Positions 1-8,469 of a stretch of 64,000 bases of DNA are shown here, piece by piece. Position 1 is the first letter of the stretch, and each line of letters begins with the position of its first letter. Origin of the DNA: Terrimicrobiaceae bacterium. GTDB taxonomy: Bacteria > Verrucomicrobiota > Verrucomicrobiia > Chthoniobacterales > JAATET01. The position numbers were made by a program, and so were the translations under genes. Under the pieces are notes generated by a model that did not search any database, was not told the DNA's origin, and saw only the letters and a program-made list of their open reading frames with translations. The stretch lies in the NCBI GenBank assembly GCA_028713285.1, contig JAQTOP010000005.1, forward strand, positions 10,682-74,681, read 5' to 3'.

Positions 1-113
1 GTCACCTGGATGCGGCGCGGCCATCGCGGAGGCTGTTTCCTAAAGACCGAACAACTGACGTTTTATCGCGACGTTTTCGCGCCCGACTCGCTTTTGACGC
101 TACTCGGCGGCGC

Positions 114-839
114 GTGACTGGAGCCAATACCCGCATGGATGCCTCCCAAAAACTCGCAAATGCGTTCGACGCGCCGGAACTCGGGTTCGATCGATTGGCC
201 CCATGGTATGCCGCGCAGCTTCCCGCCGGCTCGGCGGTCACGGTGAAACAGCGCGCCTTTATGTCCATCGCGTGCGATGTGTGCGAACAAGCTTTGGGGG
301 GACAATTCGCGTTCCACGTGCGGGTGGCCCTGGAAAACGGCGCCACCCGGCAGGATGTGAAGGAAGCCGTCCTGCACATGGGCGTGTATGGCGCGTATCC
401 GAAATGCCTCGAAGCGGTGATCCGGATCAAGGAGCTTTACGCGAGCTTCGATGCGCTGGGCCTCTTTCCCACCGGCGAGGCGACCAGCCATCCCAAGCCC
501 GACATCAACTGGGTGCTGGATACCGGCGTGCGCGAGCAACTCATCGCCTTCGATCCGCAATACGGCGATCTCGTCTCGCGGATGGCCGGTGAGATCTGGG
601 GCCGCCCGGGTCTGCTGCCCATCGAGCGCGCCTACATGTCGCTCGCCGCCGACATTTGCGGCGAGTCCTTGAGCCCGGCGGGTCCGCTGCCCTTCCATGC
701 CAATTTGTGCCTGCAAAACGGCGTCAGCCGCGCGCAATTGAGCGACCTCGTGATGTCTCTGGCTCTCGATGTCGGCGCCCTGCGCGCCTGGCGCGCCCTC
801 GAGTCGCTCGACGCCCTGTTCGCCCGGTCGCCCGCCTGA
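114..839 (+). CDS. Carboxymuconolactone decarboxylase (AhpD-like) family protein with two tandem CMD-type domains
   Basis: The 241-aa ORF contains two repeated segments typical of CMD/AhpD-fold proteins: '...RAFMSIACDVCEQALGGQFAFHVRVALENGATRQDVKEAVLHMGVYGAYPKCLEA' and '...RAYMSLAADICGESL...FHANLCLQNGVSRAQLSDLVMSLALDVG'. Confidence 0.75.
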   Translation: MTGANTRMDASQKLANAFDAPELGFDRLAPWYAAQLPAGSAVTVKQRAFMSIACDVCEQALGGQFAFHVRVALENGATRQDVKEAVLHMGVYGAYPKCLEAVIRIKELYASFDALGLFPTGEATSHPKPDINWVLDTGVREQLIAFDPQYGDLVSRMAGEIWGRPGLLPIERAYMSLAADICGESLSPAGPLPFHANLCLQNGVSRAQLSDLVMSLALDVGALRAWRALESLDALFARSPA

Positions 840-850
840 GCTTTCGGGCT

Positions 851-1624
851 CTACGTGCGGATCACGGTGATCTTCACGGGAGTGGAATTCCCGCCCGGCC
901 CTCGCGCGATCACGGTGATCAGATTTTTGCCCGGCTTGAGCGCCGCGATAAAATGCCAGCTCGTGCTGCCGGTGGCGGGCTTGAATGCGCCTCTGCGGCC
1001 GACCCGGAATTTCACGCTCGTCACGATCCCCTTCGCCTTGCCGCGAATGACGAGTTTTTCCTTTTCCGTCGTCACTTCGCTCGGCCCCCTGATCGTCACC
1101 TTGGGAGCGGACGGGGTGGAGGAATTGACGCCGAAATTCATCGGCGACATCGCGGCGACCGTGAACGTGGTGGGGGTGGGCGGATTGAAGGCGCGATTGA
1201 GAGAATTCGTGCCATCCAGCGGGAGCTGTCCGGCCGTGAAAGTGAGCGTGTTGACGCCGGCGTAATCCAGCGTGTCTCCATTGACGTTGAAGAAATTATT
1301 CTTGCCCAGGTTGAAATCCGCAGGCGGCACACCAGGCAGCGCGAAATATCCCGGAGTCGCCAGGAGGAGATGCCGTCCGGCGGTGCTGCCGCTGAGGTTG
1401 CCGCCGAACGTGAAGGTATTCGTCGAACTCTTGAACGTGTGCCCTGCAAGCAAATCCTCGTCCGGGCTGTTGGTCGTCAATTCGACATACTGGACCGTTC
1501 CCGTCGCGTCGGAATAGACCTCGATGATCTGCCAGAGGTGGAAGGTTGCACGGGCCGGCGAAAGCGCGGCAGCCGCCAGCAAGGTGGAGAGCAGAATGCC
1601 CCGGAGCTTGGCTCGATGGATCAC
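851..1624 (-). CDS. Secreted hypothetical protein (signal peptide, beta-rich, Ig-like C-terminal region)
   Basis: Track ORF is 851..1801. An in-frame GTG at 1624 gives 'VIHRAKLRGILLSTLLAAAALSPARA', a classic signal peptide. The remainder is rich in T/N/G/F. I recognise no family. The start position is inferred. Confidence 0.6.
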   Translation of the reverse strand: MIHRAKLRGILLSTLLAAAALSPARATFHLWQIIEVYSDATGTVQYVELTTNSPDEDLLAGHTFKSSTNTFTFGGNLSGSTAGRHLLLATPGYFALPGVPPADFNLGKNNFFNVNGDTLDYAGVNTLTFTAGQLPLDGTNSLNRAFNPPTPTTFTVAAMSPMNFGVNSSTPSAPKVTIRGPSEVTTEKEKLVIRGKAKGIVTSVKFRVGRRGAFKPATGSTSWHFIAALKPGKNLITVIARGPGGNSTPVKITVIRT

Positions 1625-1946
1625 GGCGAACCATCGCTCGCTAACGGGCGCGGTCAAAAAAAAGTTTCTCCTGGTTGGGAAATTCTTGGGACGGCAATTC
1701 CCAAGGACGGCGCCAATGAGGACCGGGATCGCGCACATCCGAAGGCCCAGGGAAGCTGCCCCCCCGGGTTGCTCGCCTCGCCTTTCCGTGCCAGACCACA
1801 TGCCGGCCGGCCTTGTTCGACCGGCTCAAAGGCGCATTTGAGATTCTCCTCTCCGGATGTCTGCGCTATTGCACCAAGGCGCCGGGAGGAATCGCGAATC
1901 CCCTTTCGCTTCGTCCTTCGACGGCACTCCTTCAGGAAAGAATCCG

Positions 1947-3398
1947 ATGAAACGCCTCTCCATTCTCTACATCGGCATGCTCGCGGCAGTGAGTATTTCG
2001 ATCCTGTGGATATTGCACGTCGGCTCGTCCCTTCCGGCTCCGCCCGGAAAAATCTCGCAGGTCCCCGCCGCGGAAGCCGCCCACGGGCCGGCCGAGGGTT
2101 CCGCGGCGGCGGCCATGGTCGCCGGAGTGGTGCGGAATTTCGACACGCCCCTGAGCCATCTCTTCCTCCAGTTGCTCGTCATTATCGCCGCTTCGCGGTT
2201 GATGGGGCGCGTCTTTACGAGCTTTGGGCAACCTGCGGTCGTCGGCGAAATGGTGATGGGCATTCTTCTCGGCCCTTCGCTGTTCGGATGGCTGTCGCCG
2301 GGCGCGTTCGGATTCGTTTTTCCCGCCAGCTCGTTTGGCACGCTCAAGCTTCTGAGCCAGATCGGAGTCTGCCTTTTCATGTTCGCCGTCGGCATGGAGT
2401 TGAACGTCCGCCAGGTGCGGACCAAGGCACGGACCGCCATCGTGGTGAGCCACGCCAGCATTGTGATCCCCTACCTGCTCGGCGTCATTCTCGCCTGCTT
2501 CCTGTTCAGCCACCTCGCCGCCCCCGGCGCCACGTTCACGGCCTTCGCGCTATTCCTGGGCATTTCGATGAGCATCACCGCCTTTCCCGTGCTGGCGCGC
2601 ATCCTGCAGGAACGCGGACTATCCCAAACCTTGCTCGGAAGCACGGCGATTACCTGCGCGGCGGTGGACGACGTGACCGCCTGGTGCATCCTGGCCTTCG
2701 TCGTATCGATTGCGCGCGCGACGAGCCTCGGGAGCTCGGCCTTGAGCCTGCTCCTCGTGCTCGCCTTCTTCGCGCTGATGGTCTGGGGCGTGAAGCGGCT
2801 TCTGCCGATCTGCATCGGCAGGCGCAACCTCTCCGCGGACCATCCCTCGCGCGGCACGCTGGCGGTCGTCATCTGCGTGGTGATCGCGTCGGCGCTGGGC
2901 ACCGAGGCGATCGGGATTCACGCGCTGTTCGGCGCATTTCTGGCCGGAGCCATCATGCCCGACACCGAGGGCTTCCGGCAAAAACTCGGCATGCGCATCG
3001 AGAACTTCAGCTCCGTGCTGCTGCTTCCGCTCTTCTTCGCCTTCACCGGCCTGCGGACGCAAATCGGTCTGCTCAACGACCTCCAGGGCTGGCTGATCTG
3101 CCTGTTGATCATCGTCGTGGCCACTTTGGGAAAACTCGGCGGCAGCGCCCTGACGGCGCGCCTCACCGGCATGAACTGGCGCGATTCCCTGCAACTCGGA
3201 GCGCTGATGAATACCCGCGGGCTGATGGAGCTCATCGCGCTGAACATCGGTTACGACATGGGCATCCTCTCCGCCCGAATTTTCACGATGCTCGTGATCA
3301 TGGCGCTCGTCACGACGATGATGACCGGTCCCTTGCTCACCCTCTTCGGCCGAAGCCAGCCAGCCTTCGGATCCGGCCCGGAACCGGCGCATTCGTGA
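1947..3398 (+). CDS. Cation:proton antiporter (CPA2 / Kef-type Na+/H+ exchanger family)
   Basis: Polytopic membrane protein with multiple hydrophobic helices, for example 'LLVIIAASRLMGRVFTSFGQPAVVGEMVMGILLGPSLFG' and 'GMELNVRQV'. The ATG at 1947 (MKRLSILY...) is the likely start inside track ORF 1857..3398. Confidence 0.85.
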   Translation: MKRLSILYIGMLAAVSISILWILHVGSSLPAPPGKISQVPAAEAAHGPAEGSAAAAMVAGVVRNFDTPLSHLFLQLLVIIAASRLMGRVFTSFGQPAVVGEMVMGILLGPSLFGWLSPGAFGFVFPASSFGTLKLLSQIGVCLFMFAVGMELNVRQVRTKARTAIVVSHASIVIPYLLGVILACFLFSHLAAPGATFTAFALFLGISMSITAFPVLARILQERGLSQTLLGSTAITCAAVDDVTAWCILAFVVSIARATSLGSSALSLLLVLAFFALMVWGVKRLLPICIGRRNLSADHPSRGTLAVVICVVIASALGTEAIGIHALFGAFLAGAIMPDTEGFRQKLGMRIENFSSVLLLPLFFAFTGLRTQIGLLNDLQGWLICLLIIVVATLGKLGGSALTARLTGMNWRDSLQLGALMNTRGLMELIALNIGYDMGILSARIFTMLVIMALVTTMMTGPLLTLFGRSQPAFGSGPEPAHS

Positions 3399-3507
3399 AT
3401 CCGCGAATTCCGAGGCAAGGATGCGGTTGGAACTCGCGACAAACGTTCCTTGCGGGATCGGCGTTTTGCCGTGGCCGCGCTAAGCGAGATCGATGATTGG
3501 CTTCCGG

Positions 3508-3893
3508 TCAAGATTGCAGGAACGGATTGAGCAGCCTCACGCCACTGCGGGCAAAATCCTTCGTGTTGCGGGTGCAAAGGGTAAGATCGTGGACTAACGC
3601 CGTGGCTGCAAGCAGCCCGTCCACATCCGGCAGCTTTTGATCGACGCAGAGTCGCCCCCAGCGATCCGCCACGCGATCATCAACTGCGAGAACACGGTCG
3701 CTGAAATGTTGGGTGAGCGGGGTCAGCCATTTTTCGAGTGCCTTTGCCTTTTTCGGATCGGCTTTGCGAGCCAGCTCGATCCCCCGACGCATTTCACCGA
3801 CGACGAGGACGCTGGTGAGGAGTGCTTCGTCAGGCGCACCATCAAACCACGCTACGAGCGCGGGATGAGCGCGCGTTCCTTTGCAAAATTATT
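3508..3893 (-). pseudogene. vapC: 5'-truncated PIN-domain (VapC-type) toxin remnant
   Basis: ORF 3508..3792 encodes the C-terminal two thirds of a PIN toxin ('...LLAATALVHDLTLCTRNTKDFARSGVRLLNPF'). My manual translation upstream in the same frame continues as PIN-like sequence ('KGTRAHPALVAWFDGAPDEALLTSVLVVGE') up to the tRNA. The N-terminal 'LLDTNV'-type acidic segment, a start codon and a vapB partner are all missing. Confidence 0.6.
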
Positions 3894-3969
3894 TGGTGGA
3901 GCCTAGGGGAATCGAACCCCTGACCTCCTCAATGCCATTGAGGCGCTCTACCAACTGAGCTAAGACCCC
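3894..3969 (-). tRNA. tRNA-Ala (anticodon GGC), CCA encoded
   Basis: The reverse complement reads GGGGTCTTAGCTCAGTTGGTAGAGCGCCTCAATGGCATTGAGGAGGTCAGGGGTTCGATTCCCCTAGGCTCCACCA. It folds as a cloverleaf with a CCTCA/TGAGG anticodon stem and loop ATGGCAT. The G3:U70 identity pair and the GTTCGATTC T-loop are present. Confidence 0.9.
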
Positions 3970-4022
3970 GCGAAAGGTGAGAAGGGAGCGTATCGGCCCG
4001 GGGGCGAAACGCAAGCGGGAGT

Positions 4023-5606
4023 TTAGTGCGCCGGCGCCGGTTGGTCTCGCGGGTGCGGATCGTTTCGCGGGAGCAGGAACGTGAGCGGAATGACGAGCAG
4101 GATGCCCGCCGCCATGAGGTAGAAAATCTCGATGTAGGAGAGCATGCCCGCCTGCCGCTGCACCATGGTGTAAATCATTCCGAGCGCTTGATTGGCGGAA
4201 TCGGCGCCGTGGCCGGAAAACATCGCGCCGATGTGCCGGAGCGCGATCTGCGTCTGCGGATCGTAGCTCGAGACGTGTTCCACCATGCGCGATTGATGGA
4301 ACTGCGAACGCTGGGCGAGGAGCGTGCTCGAGACGGCGATGCCGACGCTGCCGCCGAGATTGCGGGCGAGATTGATAAGGGCGGCGGCATTGGCATTTTT
4401 GCCCGGCGGCAATTTCAGATAGGCGCTTTGCATGATCGGGATGAACAGGAACGCCAGCCCGAGCGTCTGGAAGACTCGGCCCCACACCGCCTGGTCGAAT
4501 GTCGTGCCAAGGCTGAACGTGCTGCCCATGAAATAGAGCGAAGCGGCCTCCATCAGCAGGCCGGCGATGACGAGATGGCGGGCCTGGAACCGATGCACGA
4601 AGAAGCCGCCGACGAGGGGCATCATGAAAATCATCACGATGCCGCCGGCCGTCAGCGCCATGCCGGATTGCTGCGCGGTGTAGCCGAGCAACTGCTGCAG
4701 GAACTGCGGCATCAGCACGGTCGTGCCAAACAGCACGAACCCGAGCGCGAACATCGCGAGAAACGACGCGAAAAAGCTCGGCACCTTGAGCAATGCGATA
4801 TCTACCATCGGATTTTTTTGCCGCAGCTCCCACCAAACGAGCGCGACGAGCGAGACGCCGGAGATGACGGCCATGGCGGTGATGAAATTCGATGCGAACC
4901 AATCCAGCCGCTGGCCCCGGTCCACAAACATTTCGAGACACCCGATGCCGAGCACGGTGAGCGCGAAGCCGGGCCAGTCCACACGAAATCCCCTGGCCTT
5001 GAAGACACGCGTGCGTTCGATGCGGGCCGCATCGGGTTCGTAAACGAATGCGGCGGTGAGAAAGAGCGAGACGATGCCGACCGGGATGTTGATCAGGAAA
5101 ATCCAGTGCCAGCTGTAGTTGTCCGTGATCCAGCCGCCGAGCGTCGGGCCGATGGCGGGCGCGAACACGACGGCGAGTCCGTAAACGGAGAAGGCCATCC
5201 CGCGCTTCTCCGCAGGGAAGAGGTCGGCCAGCATCGCCTGCACGACGGGGACCATCCCCGCGCCTCCCACGCCCTGCAGCACGCGAAAGAACACGAGCCA
5301 CCCGAGACTCGGCGCGAGGCCGCAGAGCAGCGAGCTGATGGTGAAAATCGCCACGCACACCATGAAGAACCGCTTCAGGCCGAAGACCGTGCCGAACCAG
5401 CCGCTAATCGGCATCATGATCGCGTTCGTGACGAGGTAGCTCGTGAGCACCCATGTGGCCTCATCGAGGCTGGAGGCGAGCCCGCCGGCGATGTGGCTGA
5501 GCGAGACGTTGGCCACGCTGGTGTCGAGCACTTCCATGAACGTCGCCATCGAAATGATGATGGTGACGAACCAGGGATTGATGGCGGGACGAATGGCCGG
5601 CGGCAT
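4023..5606 (-). CDS. emrB: MFS transporter, DHA2 (EmrB/QacA, 14-TMS) multidrug efflux family
   Basis: 527-aa protein with 'FMEVLDTSVANVSLSHIAGGL', 'GLKRFFMVCVAIFTISSLLCGLAPSLGWLVFFRVLQGVGGAGMVP' and many TM helices. It lies directly downstream of a HlyD-family gene. Confidence 0.9.
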   Translation of the reverse strand: MPPAIRPAINPWFVTIIISMATFMEVLDTSVANVSLSHIAGGLASSLDEATWVLTSYLVTNAIMMPISGWFGTVFGLKRFFMVCVAIFTISSLLCGLAPSLGWLVFFRVLQGVGGAGMVPVVQAMLADLFPAEKRGMAFSVYGLAVVFAPAIGPTLGGWITDNYSWHWIFLINIPVGIVSLFLTAAFVYEPDAARIERTRVFKARGFRVDWPGFALTVLGIGCLEMFVDRGQRLDWFASNFITAMAVISGVSLVALVWWELRQKNPMVDIALLKVPSFFASFLAMFALGFVLFGTTVLMPQFLQQLLGYTAQQSGMALTAGGIVMIFMMPLVGGFFVHRFQARHLVIAGLLMEAASLYFMGSTFSLGTTFDQAVWGRVFQTLGLAFLFIPIMQSAYLKLPPGKNANAAALINLARNLGGSVGIAVSSTLLAQRSQFHQSRMVEHVSSYDPQTQIALRHIGAMFSGHGADSANQALGMIYTMVQRQAGMLSYIEIFYLMAAGILLVIPLTFLLPRNDPHPRDQPAPAH

Positions 5607-5632
5607 GGAATCTCGCGGCAGCGCTGGGCGGG

Positions 5633-6727
5633 CTACTTCGCGCTGACGTGAATCGTCGGCACGACGGACATCCCCGGCGAGAGAAGCGGGGCGTCCTTCG
5701 GGAGCGCATCGAGCACGATCTTCAACGGCACGCGCTGGACGACCTTCACATAATTGCCGGTCGCGTTTTCCGCAGGCAGCAGGCTGAAGCGCGAGCCGGT
5801 TCCCGATTGAATGCTGTCCACCCGGCCGTGGAATTTGAGCGAGGGGTAGGCATCGACCTTGATGTCCACCGGCTGGCCCGGGCGGACTTTGTCAAGCTGG
5901 GTTTCCTTGAAATTCGCCACGACCCACACCTCGGGCGGCACGATGGCGAGGAGCGCGGCGCCCGTCTGCACGTAGCTGCCGGGCTCGACGCTCTTGCGGG
6001 TCACGCGACCGGTCTCGGGCGCCTCGATGCGCGTGTAGGAGAGTCGCAGTCGCGCGGCATCGAGCAGCGCCTTCGCCTGGGCGACCTGGGCGTCGGCGGC
6101 GTTCACCTGGGCGGCCGCGACCTTCACGGCGGATTCGGCGGAGAATGCAACCTGTTGCTTGCTGTCGAGCGCCGCCTTCGTCGAGAGCGCCTGCGCCTGG
6201 GCATTGTCGTATTCGCGCTGGGCGATGGCACCGCTCTGGCGGAGCTGGACGCTGCGGGCGAGCTCCTTGGTCGCGTTGTCGGCGCTCGCCTGCGCCTGGG
6301 AAATGTCGGCTCGCTTTTCGGACAGGTCGGCGTCCGTCGCGGCAAGCTGCGCCCGGGCCTGGACGAGCTTGGCCTCGCAGGAGGCGAGATTCGCCCTGGC
6401 CGTTTCGAGGATCACCTGTTCGTTAAGGGGATCGAGTTCCACCAGCAGATCGCCCCGCTTCACAAGCTGGTTGTCGCTTACAAGGACGCGGTTCACCCGC
6501 TCGGAAATCTGCGGGCTGATCGAGATGATGTGCGCCTCGATAAACGCATCGTCCGTCGAGATTTTTCCGCGGTTTGCGACGTAAACCGCGAGGCCGCCAA
6601 CGATGGCGATTGCGAGCAGACCCGCGATGAGCGGCTTCCTGCCCGGCCTGGCGGGACCCGCCGGCGGGAGGACATCGGGCGGCCCGGACACGGAAAAATT
6701 TTCAGCGAGATTCGGCGAGGTGCTCAT
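5633..6727 (-). CDS. emrA: HlyD-family membrane fusion protein (EmrA-like)
   Basis: Single N-terminal TM helix (LIAGLLAIAIVGGLAVYV), a long coiled-coil region rich in A/Q, and C-terminal beta-barrel motifs ('YTRIEAPETGRVTRKSVEPGSYVQ', 'VVQRVPLKIVLD'). The ATG at 6727 (MSTSPNL...) is the likely start. It overlaps the tetR stop. Confidence 0.85.
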   Translation of the reverse strand: MSTSPNLAENFSVSGPPDVLPPAGPARPGRKPLIAGLLAIAIVGGLAVYVANRGKISTDDAFIEAHIISISPQISERVNRVLVSDNQLVKRGDLLVELDPLNEQVILETARANLASCEAKLVQARAQLAATDADLSEKRADISQAQASADNATKELARSVQLRQSGAIAQREYDNAQAQALSTKAALDSKQQVAFSAESAVKVAAAQVNAADAQVAQAKALLDAARLRLSYTRIEAPETGRVTRKSVEPGSYVQTGAALLAIVPPEVWVVANFKETQLDKVRPGQPVDIKVDAYPSLKFHGRVDSIQSGTGSRFSLLPAENATGNYVKVVQRVPLKIVLDALPKDAPLLSPGMSVVPTIHVSAK

Positions 6728-7358
6728 GGTGCAGGGATTTGCCGGGGAGGTTGCGGATGGCGGCGAGCGAGAAGTCCGTGATGTGGCGCGCCAGGCGGTC
6801 CACCAACGCATCGCGGCCCAGCAGGTCCGGGAAGAATGACTGAATGATCGGTCGGTTCTGGCGGTAAAACACGCACTGGCCGAGCACGCTCGTCGTGATG
6901 TAGTCGAGCTGCTCCGCGTCGAAACGTCCGCCTCCCAGCTCGCTCAACACGCCCGAAATCCACCGGCAGTTGGGCCGAAAAACTTCGTCGATCAAATGCC
7001 GGAGCATGGGCGTGGGTTCCGCCATTTCGCGCGCCATGAGCTGGCCGTGCCACCTCGGACGGCGCGGATCGAGGAATCGCGACAGCAGCGCATGGACAAA
7101 ATGGTGGAGCCGATCCTCGGGGGGCAGCGCGCCGGCATCCTCGGGCCTGAGCGTGCAGGCGGCCTTGTGCGCATGGAGGAGAGTCGCGGAATACAACTCC
7201 TCCTTGTCGCGGAAGTAATAATTCACCGCCGCCACGTTCACGCCCGCCCGCCGCGTGATCTCGCGAATCGTGGCGGCGCGGAAACCGTGCTCGGCGAAGA
7301 CTTCGCCGGCGGCCTCGATCAGCCGCGCGCGCGGCCCGGTCTCCTCTGTCGTGCTCAT
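6702..7358 (-). CDS. TetR/AcrR family transcriptional regulator
   Basis: N-terminal HTH 'RARLIEAAGEVFAEHGFRAATIREITRRAGVNVAAVNYYFRDKEELY'. It is first in the tetR-emrA-emrB operon. The likely start is MSTTEE at 7358. Confidence 0.85.
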   Translation of the reverse strand: MSTTEETGPRARLIEAAGEVFAEHGFRAATIREITRRAGVNVAAVNYYFRDKEELYSATLLHAHKAACTLRPEDAGALPPEDRLHHFVHALLSRFLDPRRPRWHGQLMAREMAEPTPMLRHLIDEVFRPNCRWISGVLSELGGGRFDAEQLDYITTSVLGQCVFYRQNRPIIQSFFPDLLGRDALVDRLARHITDFSLAAIRNLPGKSLHHEHLAESR

Positions 7359-7391
7359 GGCGCGGAAGTTAGCACGCGATACAGACGTTTC

Positions 7392-7403
7392 AAACAATTG
7401 TTT
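7392..7403. promoter_or_regulatory. Perfect 12-bp palindrome AAACAATTGTTT, candidate TetR operator
   Basis: Read directly in the AT-rich tetR/pqqA divergent intergenic region. It sits about 34 bp upstream of the tetR ATG (7358) and about 80 bp upstream of pqqA. The assignment to TetR is inference. Confidence 0.3.
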
Positions 7404-7483
7404 TATGTGGGGCGGGATCGTTTCGACTCCCGGAGAAAAATCATTTGCGGCGAGGCAAAATGTGCCTAGTTTCCGGCAGCCCT

Positions 7484-7570
7484 ATGAAAACGAAGCGCAT
7501 CTGGACCGCCCCAAAACTCAAGGACATCCCGATTTTCTTCGAGGTCTCGCTCTACGCCGGCACGCGCTAG
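7484..7570 (+). CDS. pqqA: Coenzyme PQQ precursor peptide PqqA (28 aa)
   Basis: Not in the ORF track because it is too short. Manual translation gives MKTKRIWTAPKLKDIPIFFEVSLYAGTR* with the conserved E-x-x-x-Y (EVSLY) crosslink motif and the W-x-x-P N-terminal motif. It ends 4 nt before pqqB. Confidence 0.85.
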   Translation: MKTKRIWTAPKLKDIPIFFEVSLYAGTR

Positions 7571-7574
7571 CGCC

Positions 7575-8465
7575 TTGCTCGAGGTCCTCGTTCTCGGCAC
7601 CGCGGCGGGCGGCGGCTTTCCGCAATGGAACTGCGCCTGCGCGAACTGCCGCCTTGCCCGTTCCGGCATCCTGCCGCATCGGATGCAAAGCTCGCTCGCG
7701 ATTTCCGGCAACGGGCGCGATTGGCATCTCGTCAATGCGTCCCTCGATATCGCGCGGCAGATCGAACATTTCATCCGGCCCAGCGTGGGTTCCGGGGCGG
7801 CCGCGCGGCAGTCGCCGATTCGCAGCGTGTTTCTCACCAACGCCGATCTCGATCACACGCTCGGCCTCTTCCAGCTTCGCGAAGGCGGGCAGATCGACGT
7901 GACGGCGCCCGCCGCGGTGCGCGACAGCCTGGAGCGCGGCCTGTCGCTGGGCCGCGTGCTCGGGGCTTACGGCGGCATCGAGTGGCGGCTCGCGCACACG
8001 GACTGGCGGACGATCGACGATTCCGGTCTCGAGGCTTGCGCCGTGCCGCTGACGGGTGGGAAACCGCCGCGCTATGCGCTGGATGCTATCTCCGGCGCGC
8101 AGTCGGTGGGCTATTTGTTCCGGGGCGGCGGCGCGACGGTGGGCATTTTTCCCGACGTCGCCTGCATCGACGCCGCGCTGACCGACTCGCTGGCGCAATG
8201 CGACCGCTGCTGGTTCGACGGCACATTCTGGGGCGAGGACGAAATGGCGACGCTTACCGGACGCACGGCCGCCGACATGGGGCATGTGCCGATCAGCGGC
8301 GCGGAGGGCAGCCTCACCGCGCTGGGCGCCCTTGGTGAGCAGCGCGCGGCCTACCTGCACATCAACAACACAAATCCGATCCTGCGCACCGACTCCGCCG
8401 AGCGGCGCGCCGTCGAGACCGCGGGCGTGCGGGTTGCCGAGGACGGGGAGCATTTTGCATTCTAG
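7575..8465 (+). CDS. pqqB: Pyrroloquinoline quinone biosynthesis protein PqqB (metallo-beta-lactamase fold)
   Basis: 'LVLGTAAGGGFPQWNCACANCRLAR' is the characteristic PqqB N-terminus. Uses a TTG start. Position is between pqqA and pqqC. Confidence 0.9.
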   Translation: MLEVLVLGTAAGGGFPQWNCACANCRLARSGILPHRMQSSLAISGNGRDWHLVNASLDIARQIEHFIRPSVGSGAAARQSPIRSVFLTNADLDHTLGLFQLREGGQIDVTAPAAVRDSLERGLSLGRVLGAYGGIEWRLAHTDWRTIDDSGLEACAVPLTGGKPPRYALDAISGAQSVGYLFRGGGATVGIFPDVACIDAALTDSLAQCDRCWFDGTFWGEDEMATLTGRTAADMGHVPISGAEGSLTALGALGEQRAAYLHINNTNPILRTDSAERRAVETAGVRVAEDGEHFAF

Positions 8466-8469
8466 TGCC

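Noticed and set aside
656-3496. 946-aa ORF on the + strand spanning three real genes
   Set aside because: The composition is extremely rich in R/G/A/P/H with no motifs. It overlaps the well-supported secreted protein (minus strand) and is out of frame with the cation:proton antiporter. This is a typical high-GC shadow ORF.
3894-4022. Integrase or prophage adjacent to tRNA-Ala
   Set aside because: The tRNA is flanked by emrB on one side and only the ~390-nt vapC remnant on the other. No integrase, att repeat or phage gene was found within the window.
4026-5651. 541-aa ORF antisense to emrB, and 5648..6781 antisense to emrA
   Set aside because: Sequence rich in E, R, D, H and G without TM helices or motifs. 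The opposite strand encodes textbook MFS and HlyD proteins.
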